From positions 132,891 through 196,890 of the forward strand of contig CAAGPV010000012.1 in NCBI GenBank assembly GCA_900771975.1: a DNA stretch of 64,000 nucleotides. The letters are read 5' to 3'. This DNA comes from an uncultured Prevotella sp. Lineage in GTDB: Bacteria; Bacteroidota; Bacteroidia; Bacteroidales; Bacteroidaceae. The notes below the pieces were generated by a model, which ran no database searches, was not told the origin of the DNA, and saw nothing but the letters and a program-made list of their open reading frames with translations. Of this stretch, positions 9,521-18,724 are shown one piece after another; within the stretch, counting starts at the first letter, position 1; each line of letters starts with the position of its first letter. The position numbers and the translations under genes were made by a program.

Positions 9521-12283
9521 TTAATGGGCTTCCAACCAGTTATTTCCCCATCCACAATCTGCCAATAGCGGTACATTCAGTTGATAGGCTCCCTGCATTT
9601 CTTCCATGACGATGCGCTCCACGCGTTCTCGTTCGTCGGGATAGACGCTGAAGTTAAGTTCGTCGTGCACTTGAAGTATCATTTTCGAGCGGATGCCTTC
9701 TTCCTTGAAGCGACGGTAGATGCGTATCATAGCCACCTTTATGATGTCGGCCTCCGATCCTTGTATGGGGGCGTTGATGGCATTGCGTTCGGCAAATCCC
9801 CTTACGGTGCCGTTCTTAGAGTTGATGTCGGGCAGGTAGCGGCGTCGGTGGAAGAGCGTTTCGGCATATCCTTTCTGCCTTACTTCTTCTTTGGCTGCCT
9901 CCATATAGGCGTGCACTTTCGGGAAAGTACGGAAGTAGTCGGCTATCAACGTGCGGGCTTCTCTATTGCTTATCTCCATGCGTTGCGCCAAACCGTAGGT
10001 TGTAATGCCGTAGATGATGCCAAAGTTGGCTTGTTTTGCTTTCTTGCGTTGTTCGGCGCTGACGTTCTCTGGACGTTCGTGCCATATCTTAGCAGCGGTG
10101 GCTGCATGGATGTCTTGTCCGTTTTTGAATGCTTCCGTCATGTTTTCGTCACCGCTGAGGTGGGCCATGATGCGAAGTTCTATCTGTGAATAGTCTGCTG
10201 AAAAAAACAGACAACCTTCATCGGGTACGAAGCACTTGCGTATTTCCTTTCCGTCATCGTCGCGAACGGGAATGTTCTGAAGGTTAGGGTCGCTCGACGA
10301 CAGACGCCCTGTAGCGGTTACAGCCTGGTTGAAAGATGTGTGTATGTGCCCCGTCTTGGGGTTGATGAGCTTTGGAAGAGCGTCAATATAAGTGCTGAGA
10401 AGTTTTTTTAACCCTCTGTAAGCCAGTATATCAGAAACGATAGGCGCCTTCTGTTTGAGTGATTGCAGCACCTCTTCGGATGTAACGTATTGTCCGGTCT
10501 TGGTCTTCTTGGGCTTTTCCATTATCTGCATCTTTCCAAAGAGAATGTCGCCTACTTGCTTAGGACTGCTAATATTGAATTTTTCGCCTGCTTCGTGGTA
10601 GATTCGCTCTTCATATTCTGCCATTCGACGTGTGAAAATCTTTGACGTTTCTTTCAGCGACTCTGTGTCTATGCGCACGCCGTTCAGTTCCATTTCCACT
10701 AAGACGGGCACAAGAGGCATCTCTATTTCGTAGAAGAGTTTCTCGCCGTCTGCCTCTTTCAGTTTTCTTTCCAACAGGTTTTTCAATCTAAGGGTGACGT
10801 CGGCATCTTCACAAGCATATTCGTAAATATCTTTGGCTGCGAGGTCGCGCATGTTTTTCTGCTTGCGTACTTTGGGTCCGATGAGTTGCTCTATGTGTAT
10901 GGTTTGGTAGTTGAGAAGTGTTTCAGCCATGTAGTCCATGTTGTGTGCCAGTTCTGGCTGAATGATGTAATGGGCCAACATGGTGTCGAAGAGTTTTCCT
11001 TTTACTTCCACACCATAACCGCGTAACACCTCAATGTCGTATTTGATGTTTTGCCCAACTTTAGTAATTTTCTCGTCTTCATAAAGAGGTTTAAAGATGT
11101 TCACAAGTTTTAAGGCTTCTTTACGATTGCTTGGTAAGGACACATAAGCGGCTTGAAATTCCTCTACCGAAAAGCTTAAACCTACCAATTCGGCGTCAAT
11201 TGCATTGGTGGAAGTGGTCTCTGTGTCTAAACTGAGTGTTTGTTTTGTCCGTAAAAAGTCATAAAGTTTAATTGCTTCTTCCTCTGTTTCAATGAGTTGA
11301 TAGTTGTGCTTGGTGTTTTCTAAGCACGAAATACGGGCGTTTTTTCGCTCTTCTTGCCGGTTGTCGGCAAATTCTGCAAAGAGATCGAGTTGCTTGTTAG
11401 CAACTGTTGGAGTTTTTTTAGGATTGTTAAGAAACTTGTTTCTGAGTGTTTTAAACTCAAGTTCAGAAAACAGTTCGGTGAGTTTTGACTCGTCTGGTTC
11501 TGTTCTCTTCAGTTCTTCCAGGTTGAGTTCAACCGGTACGTCTGTACGTATGGTTGCAAGAAATTTCGACATCTTTATATCGTCTACCGCTTTCTCAACT
11601 TTTTCTTTCAGTTTGCCTTTCAGCTCACCCGTGCGTTCCAACAGTTGTTCTACGCTTCCAAATTGGTTGATGAGTTTTGCCGCTGTTTTTTCTCCAACGC
11701 CTGGACAGCCAGGAAAGTTATCTGCCGAGTCGCCCATCAGTGCCAACAGATCTATCACTTGGGTAGGGGAGGGTATTCCGAATTTGGCTTCCACCTCTTT
11801 TGTTCCCACAATGTCATATCCTCCTCCATGGCGAGGTCGGTACATAAACACGTTCGGTTGGATGAGTTGTCCATAGTCCTTGTCGGGTGTGAGCATATAG
11901 GTTTCAATCTCTTCTTTGCCTGCTTTGGTGGCCAAAGTGCCAATGACGTCATCTGCTTCAAACCCGTCCACTTGTAGGATGGGGATGTGCATGGCTTGAA
12001 GAATTTGCTTAATGATGGGCACAGCGGTTTTGATGTCTTCGGGTGTTTCCTCCCGCTGAGCTTTATAGGCAGGAAAGACTTCATGGCGAAAAGTTTTTCC
12101 ATGGTCGAAAGCCACTCCTATATAGTCGGGCTTCTCTTTGTTGATGACTTCTTGAAGGGTGTTGCAGAATCCCATGATGGCCGAAGTGTTCAGTCCTTTC
12201 GAGTTGATTCTTGGCGAACGTATGAAGGCATAGTAGGAACGATAGATCAATGCATATGCATCGAGCAGGAAAAGTTTTGCCAT
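9521..12283 (-). CDS. polA: DNA polymerase I
   Basis: 5'-3' exonuclease N-terminus MAKLFLLDAYALIYRSYYAF, a 3'-5' exonuclease region, and pol motif DYSQIELRIMAHLSGD. Confidence 0.95.
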   Translation of the reverse strand: MAKLFLLDAYALIYRSYYAFIRSPRINSKGLNTSAIMGFCNTLQEVINKEKPDYIGVAFDHGKTFRHEVFPAYKAQREETPEDIKTAVPIIKQILQAMHIPILQVDGFEADDVIGTLATKAGKEEIETYMLTPDKDYGQLIQPNVFMYRPRHGGGYDIVGTKEVEAKFGIPSPTQVIDLLALMGDSADNFPGCPGVGEKTAAKLINQFGSVEQLLERTGELKGKLKEKVEKAVDDIKMSKFLATIRTDVPVELNLEELKRTEPDESKLTELFSELEFKTLRNKFLNNPKKTPTVANKQLDLFAEFADNRQEERKNARISCLENTKHNYQLIETEEEAIKLYDFLRTKQTLSLDTETTSTNAIDAELVGLSFSVEEFQAAYVSLPSNRKEALKLVNIFKPLYEDEKITKVGQNIKYDIEVLRGYGVEVKGKLFDTMLAHYIIQPELAHNMDYMAETLLNYQTIHIEQLIGPKVRKQKNMRDLAAKDIYEYACEDADVTLRLKNLLERKLKEADGEKLFYEIEMPLVPVLVEMELNGVRIDTESLKETSKIFTRRMAEYEERIYHEAGEKFNISSPKQVGDILFGKMQIMEKPKKTKTGQYVTSEEVLQSLKQKAPIVSDILAYRGLKKLLSTYIDALPKLINPKTGHIHTSFNQAVTATGRLSSSDPNLQNIPVRDDDGKEIRKCFVPDEGCLFFSADYSQIELRIMAHLSGDENMTEAFKNGQDIHAATAAKIWHERPENVSAEQRKKAKQANFGIIYGITTYGLAQRMEISNREARTLIADYFRTFPKVHAYMEAAKEEVRQKGYAETLFHRRRYLPDINSKNGTVRGFAERNAINAPIQGSEADIIKVAMIRIYRRFKEEGIRSKMILQVHDELNFSVYPDERERVERIVMEEMQGAYQLNVPLLADCGWGNNWLEAH

Positions 12284-12345
12284 AAATATTGCTTTTAAGA
12301 TGTGTAAAATTACTAATTTTTTGTCAAAATCTCCGAGAAAACTCG

Positions 12346-12353
12346 TAATTTTG
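12346..12353 (+). promoter_or_regulatory. -7 box TAATTTTG upstream of ispB
   Basis: Matches the TAnnTTTG consensus 18 nt upstream of the ATG at 12371. Confidence 0.45.
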
Positions 12354-12370
12354 TATCAAATTTCATTTGC

Positions 12371-13348
12371 ATGGATTACCTTTCGCTCATCAAGAAACCC
12401 ATAGAAAAGGAGCTCTTAGGCTTTATTGATATGTTTAACGGGTCGTTAGAACATGATGACGGACTGCTTCAGCAGGCCTTAAACCATATTCGTCAACGGG
12501 CTGGCAAGCGTATGCGCCCTATGCTTATTTTGTTGATGGCTAAGAATTTCGGTGAAATCACCGATGTTACTCTGCATGCAGCCGTTGGTCTTGAGCTTTT
12601 GCATACAGCATCTTTGGTTCACGATGATGTGGTGGACGAAAGTGCTGAGCGAAGAGGTCAGGCCAGTGTAAATGCCGTTTATGACAACAAGGTGGCTGTG
12701 TTGGTGGGTGATTACATTCTTTCTACGGCACTTCTTCATGTCAGCTACACCCACAGGGAGGTTATTGTGCGTTATTTGGCGCAGTTGGGTCGCACCCTTT
12801 CTGACGGAGAAATCCTTCAATTGTCGAACATTCGCAACCTTGATATTTCTGAAAACGTTTACTATCAAGTTATTAAACAGAAGACGGCTGCCTTGTTTGA
12901 AGCCTGTGCCGGCATTGGTGCATTGAGTACTGGTGCGAACGATGCCGATTTTATAGCTGCCAAACAGTTTGGACAGAATTTAGGGATGATTTTCCAAATA
13001 CGCGATGATATCTTCGATTATTATGAAGATCCACGTATTGGTAAACCTACAGGCAATGATATGGCAGAGGGAAAGCTTACTTTGCCGGTTATCTATGCAC
13101 TCAATCATACGCAAGATGCAGCTATGTTGGCCTTGGCACGCAAAGTGAAAGAGGGTAGTGTGACCAAAGAGGAAATTAACCGCTTGGTGGCTTTTGCCAA
13201 AGAGCAAGGCGGCATTGACTATGCAGACAAGGTGATGTGGCGTTTACATGCCCAATCTGAGCAGTTTTTACAGGAAAAAGTAAGCTCTCTTTCCCTTCGT
13301 CAGGCCTTTAAAGCATACCTTGACTTTGTCATTGAACGTGCACTTTAA
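12371..13348 (+). CDS. ispB: Polyprenyl diphosphate synthase (octaprenyl-diphosphate synthase-like)
   Basis: First aspartate-rich motif LVHDDVVDESAERRG and second DDxxD FQIRDDIFDY. Confidence 0.9.
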   Translation: MDYLSLIKKPIEKELLGFIDMFNGSLEHDDGLLQQALNHIRQRAGKRMRPMLILLMAKNFGEITDVTLHAAVGLELLHTASLVHDDVVDESAERRGQASVNAVYDNKVAVLVGDYILSTALLHVSYTHREVIVRYLAQLGRTLSDGEILQLSNIRNLDISENVYYQVIKQKTAALFEACAGIGALSTGANDADFIAAKQFGQNLGMIFQIRDDIFDYYEDPRIGKPTGNDMAEGKLTLPVIYALNHTQDAAMLALARKVKEGSVTKEEINRLVAFAKEQGGIDYADKVMWRLHAQSEQFLQEKVSSLSLRQAFKAYLDFVIERAL

Positions 13349-13390
13349 AGACTTTTATAACCTTTTGTAAATCAGTAACTTAACTATTAC

Positions 13391-13475
13391 CTTCTAAAAC
13401 CGGCTTTTTTAGCTGCTAAAATGCCGTGTTTTAGCTCTTAAAATACGGCATTTTAGGATGTAAAACGTAGGGTCT
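13391..13475. repeat. MITE-like palindromic repeat, copy B
   Basis: ctaaaaccggcttttttag, then ctaaaatgccgt...acggcattttag (perfect 12-nt inverted arms), ending taaaacgtagggt. Same family as copy A. Confidence 0.65.
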
Positions 13476-14431
13476 TGTTTTTCAACAGTTAAGGGTGAGA
13501 ATTTTTTGCGGTGCATTTCTCTAACTGAAAAATGGATTTATAGGTTTTGAAAAGTTTCATCAAGGTTCGATGAAATGGCGTTTATCGTATGTTGACCTTC
13601 AAGGTTTTGTCCTAATTTTTGATGATGTAAATGCCATTTGAAAGGTTTTCTGTTGAAGTGTCGACCAATTATCCGCTAATGTTGTAAATGGGGCTTACAT
13701 CGCTTTTATTTATGCTTTCAGAGACCCTTATTACCATCTACAACGGTTGTCTATTCATCGTCTGTTGTCCGTTTGCTTTTCTTATGGGTGTTATTGGCTT
13801 TATACCATTTATAAGTGATGCAACTATCTACAAACCGTTAAGATATTCATAGGCGGCTTTTAGCTGGTTGTTTTTCCCTGCATCGTCAACTTTACTACCT
13901 TAGTAGTCACCCTTTAGGGTGGTGTTGCCTTATTCGTCTGTTGTCAACTCCACTCTTTTGTAGGTTTTCTCGCCTGCTGCATAAGCATTGGTTTGTATTT
14001 TGTAGCTGTTGTTTTCGTCTGTTTAGGTCTGTGTTATGTCTTCGCTGTAGCTTCTCCCTTTCCTATTTGCATCCATGATTGTGTACCAATAGCTTGTTTT
14101 CCTGTTCTTCTTCCCATTCACCGTTGTTGTAGTTATAATTTGTGGTGTGTGGGGCTATGTTGGGCATCTTCGTTGTTACTTTCCACCTTTGCCCTGCTAA
14201 GGTTTTTAAAGTTAACAAGTTTGCTTAGCGTTTTGGTAAGTTTTACAATCTATTCTTGGTGTTCCCATGTCTGCGAATAGGCAAAAAAGGGGAGAAATGC
14301 TAAAGCGACGACAACTGTTTTAGATGTTTTTTTTCATCTTCTTTTGTGGTTTTTGATGCATTAAAATTTTCGTTTATACATCTAACCAATACCTCTGTTT
14401 TGTCTTAACGGTTTCTCGTTACGTGTAGCTT

Positions 14432-15376
14432 TTAGAAAAATTTGGTTTCTTTGCCTACTATCTCGCTCAGCAATAGGTTAGCCAGTCGGCTCGTACCTAA
14501 GCGGAAATAATAGTTGGTCAGCCACTTTTTGCCCAATACCTCTTTTACGATGGTGTAGTAGATGATGGCATCCATCACTGTGTTGATTCCACCTGCAGGC
14601 TTGAAACCTATCTGTATGCCAGTTTCGTCATAGTATTCCTTGATGGCTTGGCACATAACGTAGGCAGCTTCTGGTGTGGCGCTTACCTTCTCTTTTCCTG
14701 TGCTTGTCTTGATATAGTCGGCACCTGCATACATCGACAGAATAGCCGCTTTCTTGATATTGCTGGCGGTTTTCAGATCACCTGTTTCGAGAATGACTTT
14801 CATGGGAACTTCCCCACAGGTTTGTTTCAGTTCGTTGATGTCATCACAAAGTCCTTCATAGTCGCCTGAAAGGAATTTTCCCACCGGCATTACGATGTCT
14901 ACGTTGGTTGCTCCGTCTTTTATGGCCAGGGCGGTTTCGATGGTTTTCACTTCCATAAAGGTTTGCGAGGATGGAAAAGCGCCAGAAACTACCGCCACTT
15001 CTACACCATCCACTTCCAATGATTGGGCTACTATGTTTGCAAAGCATGGATAAACGCAGATGGTAGCAACGTGTGGTAATTCTGGATAGGCACTGTCGAA
15101 GTCGTTAACGCGTTCTGTCATGGCCAAAATGCTCTCTTCTGAGTCTGTGGTATGGAGCGATGTGAGTTCCACCGAGCCCATTAGGAATTTCTTCACTTCA
15201 GGTGTGTCGTTCTCAGGCACTTTTTCCATGATGATTTTCTGTACGGTTTGGCGTATTTCTTCATCGTTAAGTATGGTGTTGTATTTGCTCAAAGCCTGGT
15301 CGTACTTGCTTTTTGGCAGTTCCATACGTATGCGTTTCAGTTTTCCGTCGTTGCTTGTTGAAGTTTCGTTTGCCAT
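14432..15376 (-). CDS. deoC: Deoxyribose-phosphate aldolase (long form)
   Basis: DYIKTSTGKEKVSATPEAA, where the Schiff-base Lys sits in the KTSTG motif, in a TIM-barrel-like context. Confidence 0.8.
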   Translation of the reverse strand: MANETSTSNDGKLKRIRMELPKSKYDQALSKYNTILNDEEIRQTVQKIIMEKVPENDTPEVKKFLMGSVELTSLHTTDSEESILAMTERVNDFDSAYPELPHVATICVYPCFANIVAQSLEVDGVEVAVVSGAFPSSQTFMEVKTIETALAIKDGATNVDIVMPVGKFLSGDYEGLCDDINELKQTCGEVPMKVILETGDLKTASNIKKAAILSMYAGADYIKTSTGKEKVSATPEAAYVMCQAIKEYYDETGIQIGFKPAGGINTVMDAIIYYTIVKEVLGKKWLTNYYFRLGTSRLANLLLSEIVGKETKFF

Positions 15377-15404
15377 AATTGTAAGTTGTTATTTATGATG
15401 TTTT

Positions 15405-15728
15405 TTATCTTAATTTTTCGTTGTTTTTATGACGGGTGCCATCGCGTTGTGTCTTCTTCTCAATGCTCTTTTCAAGTTCTTTCGTAAGGTCTATACCCGT
15501 TTGGTTGGCCAGGCAAATTAGCACCCACAATATGTCAGCCATTTCTTCGCCCAAGTTGGCTTCTTCTCCTGCTTTGAAACTCTGCTCGCCATACTTGCGG
15601 GCTATCACCCGTGCCAACTCGCCCACTTCTTCGGTGAGACATGCCATGTTGGTAAGCTCGTTGAAGTAACGTACTCCGTAGGTCTTTATCCACTGGTCTA
15701 CTGCTTGTTGTGCTTCTGCTATAGTCAT
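15405..15728 (-). CDS. MazG-like nucleotide pyrophosphohydrolase (small YpjD-type)
   Basis: 107 aa with EEVGELARVI...EEMADILWVLICLANQTGIDL, which is the MazG/NTP-PPase helix pair. Confidence 0.75.
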   Translation of the reverse strand: MTIAEAQQAVDQWIKTYGVRYFNELTNMACLTEEVGELARVIARKYGEQSFKAGEEANLGEEMADILWVLICLANQTGIDLTKELEKSIEKKTQRDGTRHKNNEKLR

Positions 15729-15734
15729 GTTTGC

Positions 15735-16187
15735 TTACTCTTTATTCTTGGTGTCCATACAGATGGTGACAGGCCCGTCGTTGAGAAGAAGAACCTTCAT
15801 GTCGGCTCCAAATTCTCCTGTCTGCACTTGTTTTCCCATCTTTTCGGTCAACTTACGACAGAACTGTTCATAGAGTGGGATAGATATTTCATGTTTGGCA
15901 GCCCTTATCCAGCTTGGGCGGTTGCCTTTTTTGTAGCTGGCAAAGAGTGTAAATTGGCTTACCACTAAGGCTTCTCCGCCTACATCTGCCACAGACAGGT
16001 TCATGACGTGTTGATCGTCGTCGAAGATACGCAATCCGACAATCTTTCTTACCAGCCAGTCTATGTCTTCGTCTCCGTCCTTTTCTTCTATGCCTAAAAG
16101 GATGAGAAGTCCTTGGCCGATGGATGACTTTGTCTTGCCGTCAATTGTTACCGAGGCGTGCTGTACGCGTTGAATCACTACTCTCAT
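15735..16187 (-). CDS. dtd: D-aminoacyl-tRNA deacylase
   Basis: MRVVIQRV...SQFTLFA...NDGPVT signature residues; 150 aa. Confidence 0.9.
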   Translation of the reverse strand: MRVVIQRVQHASVTIDGKTKSSIGQGLLILLGIEEKDGDEDIDWLVRKIVGLRIFDDDQHVMNLSVADVGGEALVVSQFTLFASYKKGNRPSWIRAAKHEISIPLYEQFCRKLTEKMGKQVQTGEFGADMKVLLLNDGPVTICMDTKNKE

Positions 16188-16212
16188 TTTGCAAATATAG
16201 TGAAAATATTGG

Positions 16213-18054
16213 TTATTTAGTCTTGGAAGGATGAAAATAATTGTAGACTATCGTCGCTTTAGCAGGTTTTATAATAGCTGCAATACTCTGATAATCAGAC
16301 TGTTGTATGGCTTTAACGGTTTTGAAGGTTGCCAATAGTGTCTCTTTTGTTTTCTCGCCAATACCTTTTATATCGTCCAGTTCGCTGTGTAGAGCATGTT
16401 TTGACCGCTTGTTTCGGTGGTAGGTAATGGCATAGCGGTGTACTTCGTCCTGCATTTGCGTTAGCACATGGAAGAGTTCACTGTTTGTTTTCAGTCCAAT
16501 CACCTGCGGAGGGTTGCCAAAGAGCAGCTCGTTGGTGCGATGCCGGTTGTCTTTTGCGAGTCCGGCTATTGGTATATTTAGGTTTAATTCTCCTTCAACC
16601 ACGTCTCTCACCACGTCCATTTGTCCTTTACCACCATCTGTAATGATGAGGTCGGGCAGGGTTGTGCCTTCTTCTTTCATTCTGGTGTAACGCCTGCGCA
16701 CTACCTCCTTCATTGATGCATAGTCGTCAGGACCTGTAACTGTCTTTATAATGTACTTTCTGTAGTCTTTCTTGGAGGGCTTCATTCCTTTGAAAACCAC
16801 ACAACCGGCCACTGCATCCGTACCCGATATATTGGAATTGTCAAAACATTCTATATGATAGGGTAGCTTTGTCAATCCCAATTTGTTTTTTAACTCAGTC
16901 ATAAGTCGTGTTTGTTTCTGTTCGGGATTGAGCTTTTCGGCTTGTTTAAGACGGTCAAATTTGTACTGCTTGGCGTTCATTAACGACAGTTCCAATAAGT
17001 GGTGCTTGTCACCCCGTTGTGGTATGAAAAACTCTGCACCTTTAATCTTAAAGTCAAGAGGGAACGGAATGATTATCTCTCGCGCTTTGCTGGCAAATCG
17101 TTCGCGTATTTCAGGAATGGCATCGTTAAGAAGTTCTTCGTCAGTCTCGTCGAGTTTGCGTTTATATTCGTAGGTAAAGCTTTGATTGATGGCCCCGTTG
17201 GTCACGTGAATGTAGTTGATAAAGGCGTTTTTGTGTTGTTCGTCGTCCACAATGGTGAATACATCGACGTCTGTTATGGTATGACTGACTATCTCACTTT
17301 TGGCAGCAAAGCCTTCCAATGCAAGGTATCGTTGCTTCAAGTTCTCAGCTTCTTCAAATTTTAATTCCTCTGCCGCTTTCTGCATGTCGGCATATAGTAT
17401 CCTTTGTAGCTCTCTTGTGTTACCCTTTAGTAACTCTCTTGCCTGGGCAATGCACGCTTGATAGTCTTCATAGCTTTGTTTGTTGATGCAAGGACCCAAA
17501 CAGTTGTGTATGTGAAATTCAAGACAGGCCTTGTATTTGCCTGCTTTTATTCCTTCGAGGGTGATAGGGAAGTGGCAAGAACGTGGTTTGTAGAGTTTCT
17601 TTATGATGCTTAATATTGCATACATGCTGCCTATATGGCTATAAGGACCATAATAGTTTCCAGTGCGTTTGTTAATGGTTCTGGTCTTGAAGATGCGAGG
17701 ATAGACTTCCTTGGTTACGCAAATGCTTGGATAGGTCTTGCCGTCTTTTAGTAGAACGTTGTATTTTGGCTTGTATTGCTTGATTAGCTGATTCTCAATT
17801 AGCAGTGCATCTTCTTCTGTGTTTACCACTGAATAACTAATATCCCATATCTTCGAGACCAGAACCTTTGTTTTATATCTGTCGACTTCCTTGTGGAAAT
17901 AAGAAGAAACACGGCTCTTTAGCCGCTTGGCTTTACCTACATATATTATGGTGTGGTCTTTGTCATAGTATTGGTAGGTGCCTGGCTTCTCAGGCATACT
18001 TAGCACTATGCCCTTAAGATAGGCCAAACGACGTTCATTTTCTTCTTTAGTCAT
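16213..18054 (-). CDS. uvrC: Excinuclease ABC subunit C
   Basis: GIY-YIG module GTYQYYDKDHTIIYVGKAKRLKSRVSSYF, a UvrBC-interaction region, an RNase H-like domain and a C-terminal HhH. Confidence 0.9.
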   Translation of the reverse strand: MTKEENERRLAYLKGIVLSMPEKPGTYQYYDKDHTIIYVGKAKRLKSRVSSYFHKEVDRYKTKVLVSKIWDISYSVVNTEEDALLIENQLIKQYKPKYNVLLKDGKTYPSICVTKEVYPRIFKTRTINKRTGNYYGPYSHIGSMYAILSIIKKLYKPRSCHFPITLEGIKAGKYKACLEFHIHNCLGPCINKQSYEDYQACIAQARELLKGNTRELQRILYADMQKAAEELKFEEAENLKQRYLALEGFAAKSEIVSHTITDVDVFTIVDDEQHKNAFINYIHVTNGAINQSFTYEYKRKLDETDEELLNDAIPEIRERFASKAREIIIPFPLDFKIKGAEFFIPQRGDKHHLLELSLMNAKQYKFDRLKQAEKLNPEQKQTRLMTELKNKLGLTKLPYHIECFDNSNISGTDAVAGCVVFKGMKPSKKDYRKYIIKTVTGPDDYASMKEVVRRRYTRMKEEGTTLPDLIITDGGKGQMDVVRDVVEGELNLNIPIAGLAKDNRHRTNELLFGNPPQVIGLKTNSELFHVLTQMQDEVHRYAITYHRNKRSKHALHSELDDIKGIGEKTKETLLATFKTVKAIQQSDYQSIAAIIKPAKATIVYNYFHPSKTK

Positions 18055-18094
18055 TTCTTTAAAAGTCTTATACTGAGCGAGTTTTAACGCTTTC

Positions 18095-18108
18095 GTTTCA
18101 CGTGAAAC
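18095..18108. promoter_or_regulatory. Perfect 14-bp palindrome GTTTCACGTGAAAC (candidate operator) between apt and uvrC
   Basis: The sequence is its own reverse complement. It lies in the 75-bp uvrC upstream region and is identical to the element at 18696-18709. Confidence 0.6.
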
Positions 18109-18129
18109 ATTAACTTATCTCTTGCGAAA

Positions 18130-18660
18130 TTAAAGCTGAAGCAAGGTTGTGATTTCTACGTCATTGTCAAATTTGCTCCTTCCGTTAAGATTCTCATTAA
18201 CGAGTTCGATAATGAAATTGCAATAGACTTTCTTTGGGTGAAACTTCTTTACGAGGTCACAAGCTGCTTTCATAGTGCCTCCGGTCGCCAAAAGGTCGTC
18301 GTGTAATAACACTACATCGTTTTCGTTAATGGCATCTTTGTGGATTTCAATGGTGTCTATGCCATATTCTTTGGCGTAGCTTTCTTGTACGGTCTCGCAT
18401 GGTAGCTTGCCGGGTTTGCGACAGAGAACGACACCGGCGCCCAAACGGGTGGCCAAAGCACTTGACATTACGAACCCACGACTTTCAATTCCAACAATTT
18501 TTGTGATGCCCTTGTCTTTGTAGAGGTCGAACATCTCGTCTGAAATCTCCTTTAAACACTCCGCGTTTTTAAACAACGTGGTTACGTCACGGAAGTTAAC
18601 ACCTTTGATTGGCCAATCGGGTATAGAACGAAGATTGGCAAGTAAGAGTTTGTTATTCAT
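18130..18660 (-). CDS. apt: Adenine phosphoribosyltransferase
   Basis: IPDWPIKGVNFRDVTTLF (PRPP-binding loop region) and VLLHDDLLATGGT (PRTase motif). The start is refined to the internal Met (MNNKLLL...), rc cat at 18658-18660. Confidence 0.9.
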   Translation of the reverse strand: MNNKLLLANLRSIPDWPIKGVNFRDVTTLFKNAECLKEISDEMFDLYKDKGITKIVGIESRGFVMSSALATRLGAGVVLCRKPGKLPCETVQESYAKEYGIDTIEIHKDAINENDVVLLHDDLLATGGTMKAACDLVKKFHPKKVYCNFIIELVNENLNGRSKFDNDVEITTLLQL

Positions 18661-18695
18661 TATCTGATAGTTATAAAGTTTGTTTAAATGTATTT

Positions 18696-18709
18696 GTTTC
18701 ACGTGAAAC
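18696..18709. promoter_or_regulatory. Second copy of the perfect palindrome GTTTCACGTGAAAC, upstream of apt
   Basis: Identical 14-mer located 36 bp upstream of the apt start codon. Confidence 0.6.
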
Positions 18710-18724
18710 GGCTTCCTAAAAGAC

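Noticed and set aside
13993-14280. A 95-aa Cys-rich ORF in the 1.1-kb ispB-deoC gap.
   Set aside because: It is a translation of T-rich low-complexity DNA, with no -7 box or plausible start context and no recognisable motif. The region is treated as non-coding (see finding).
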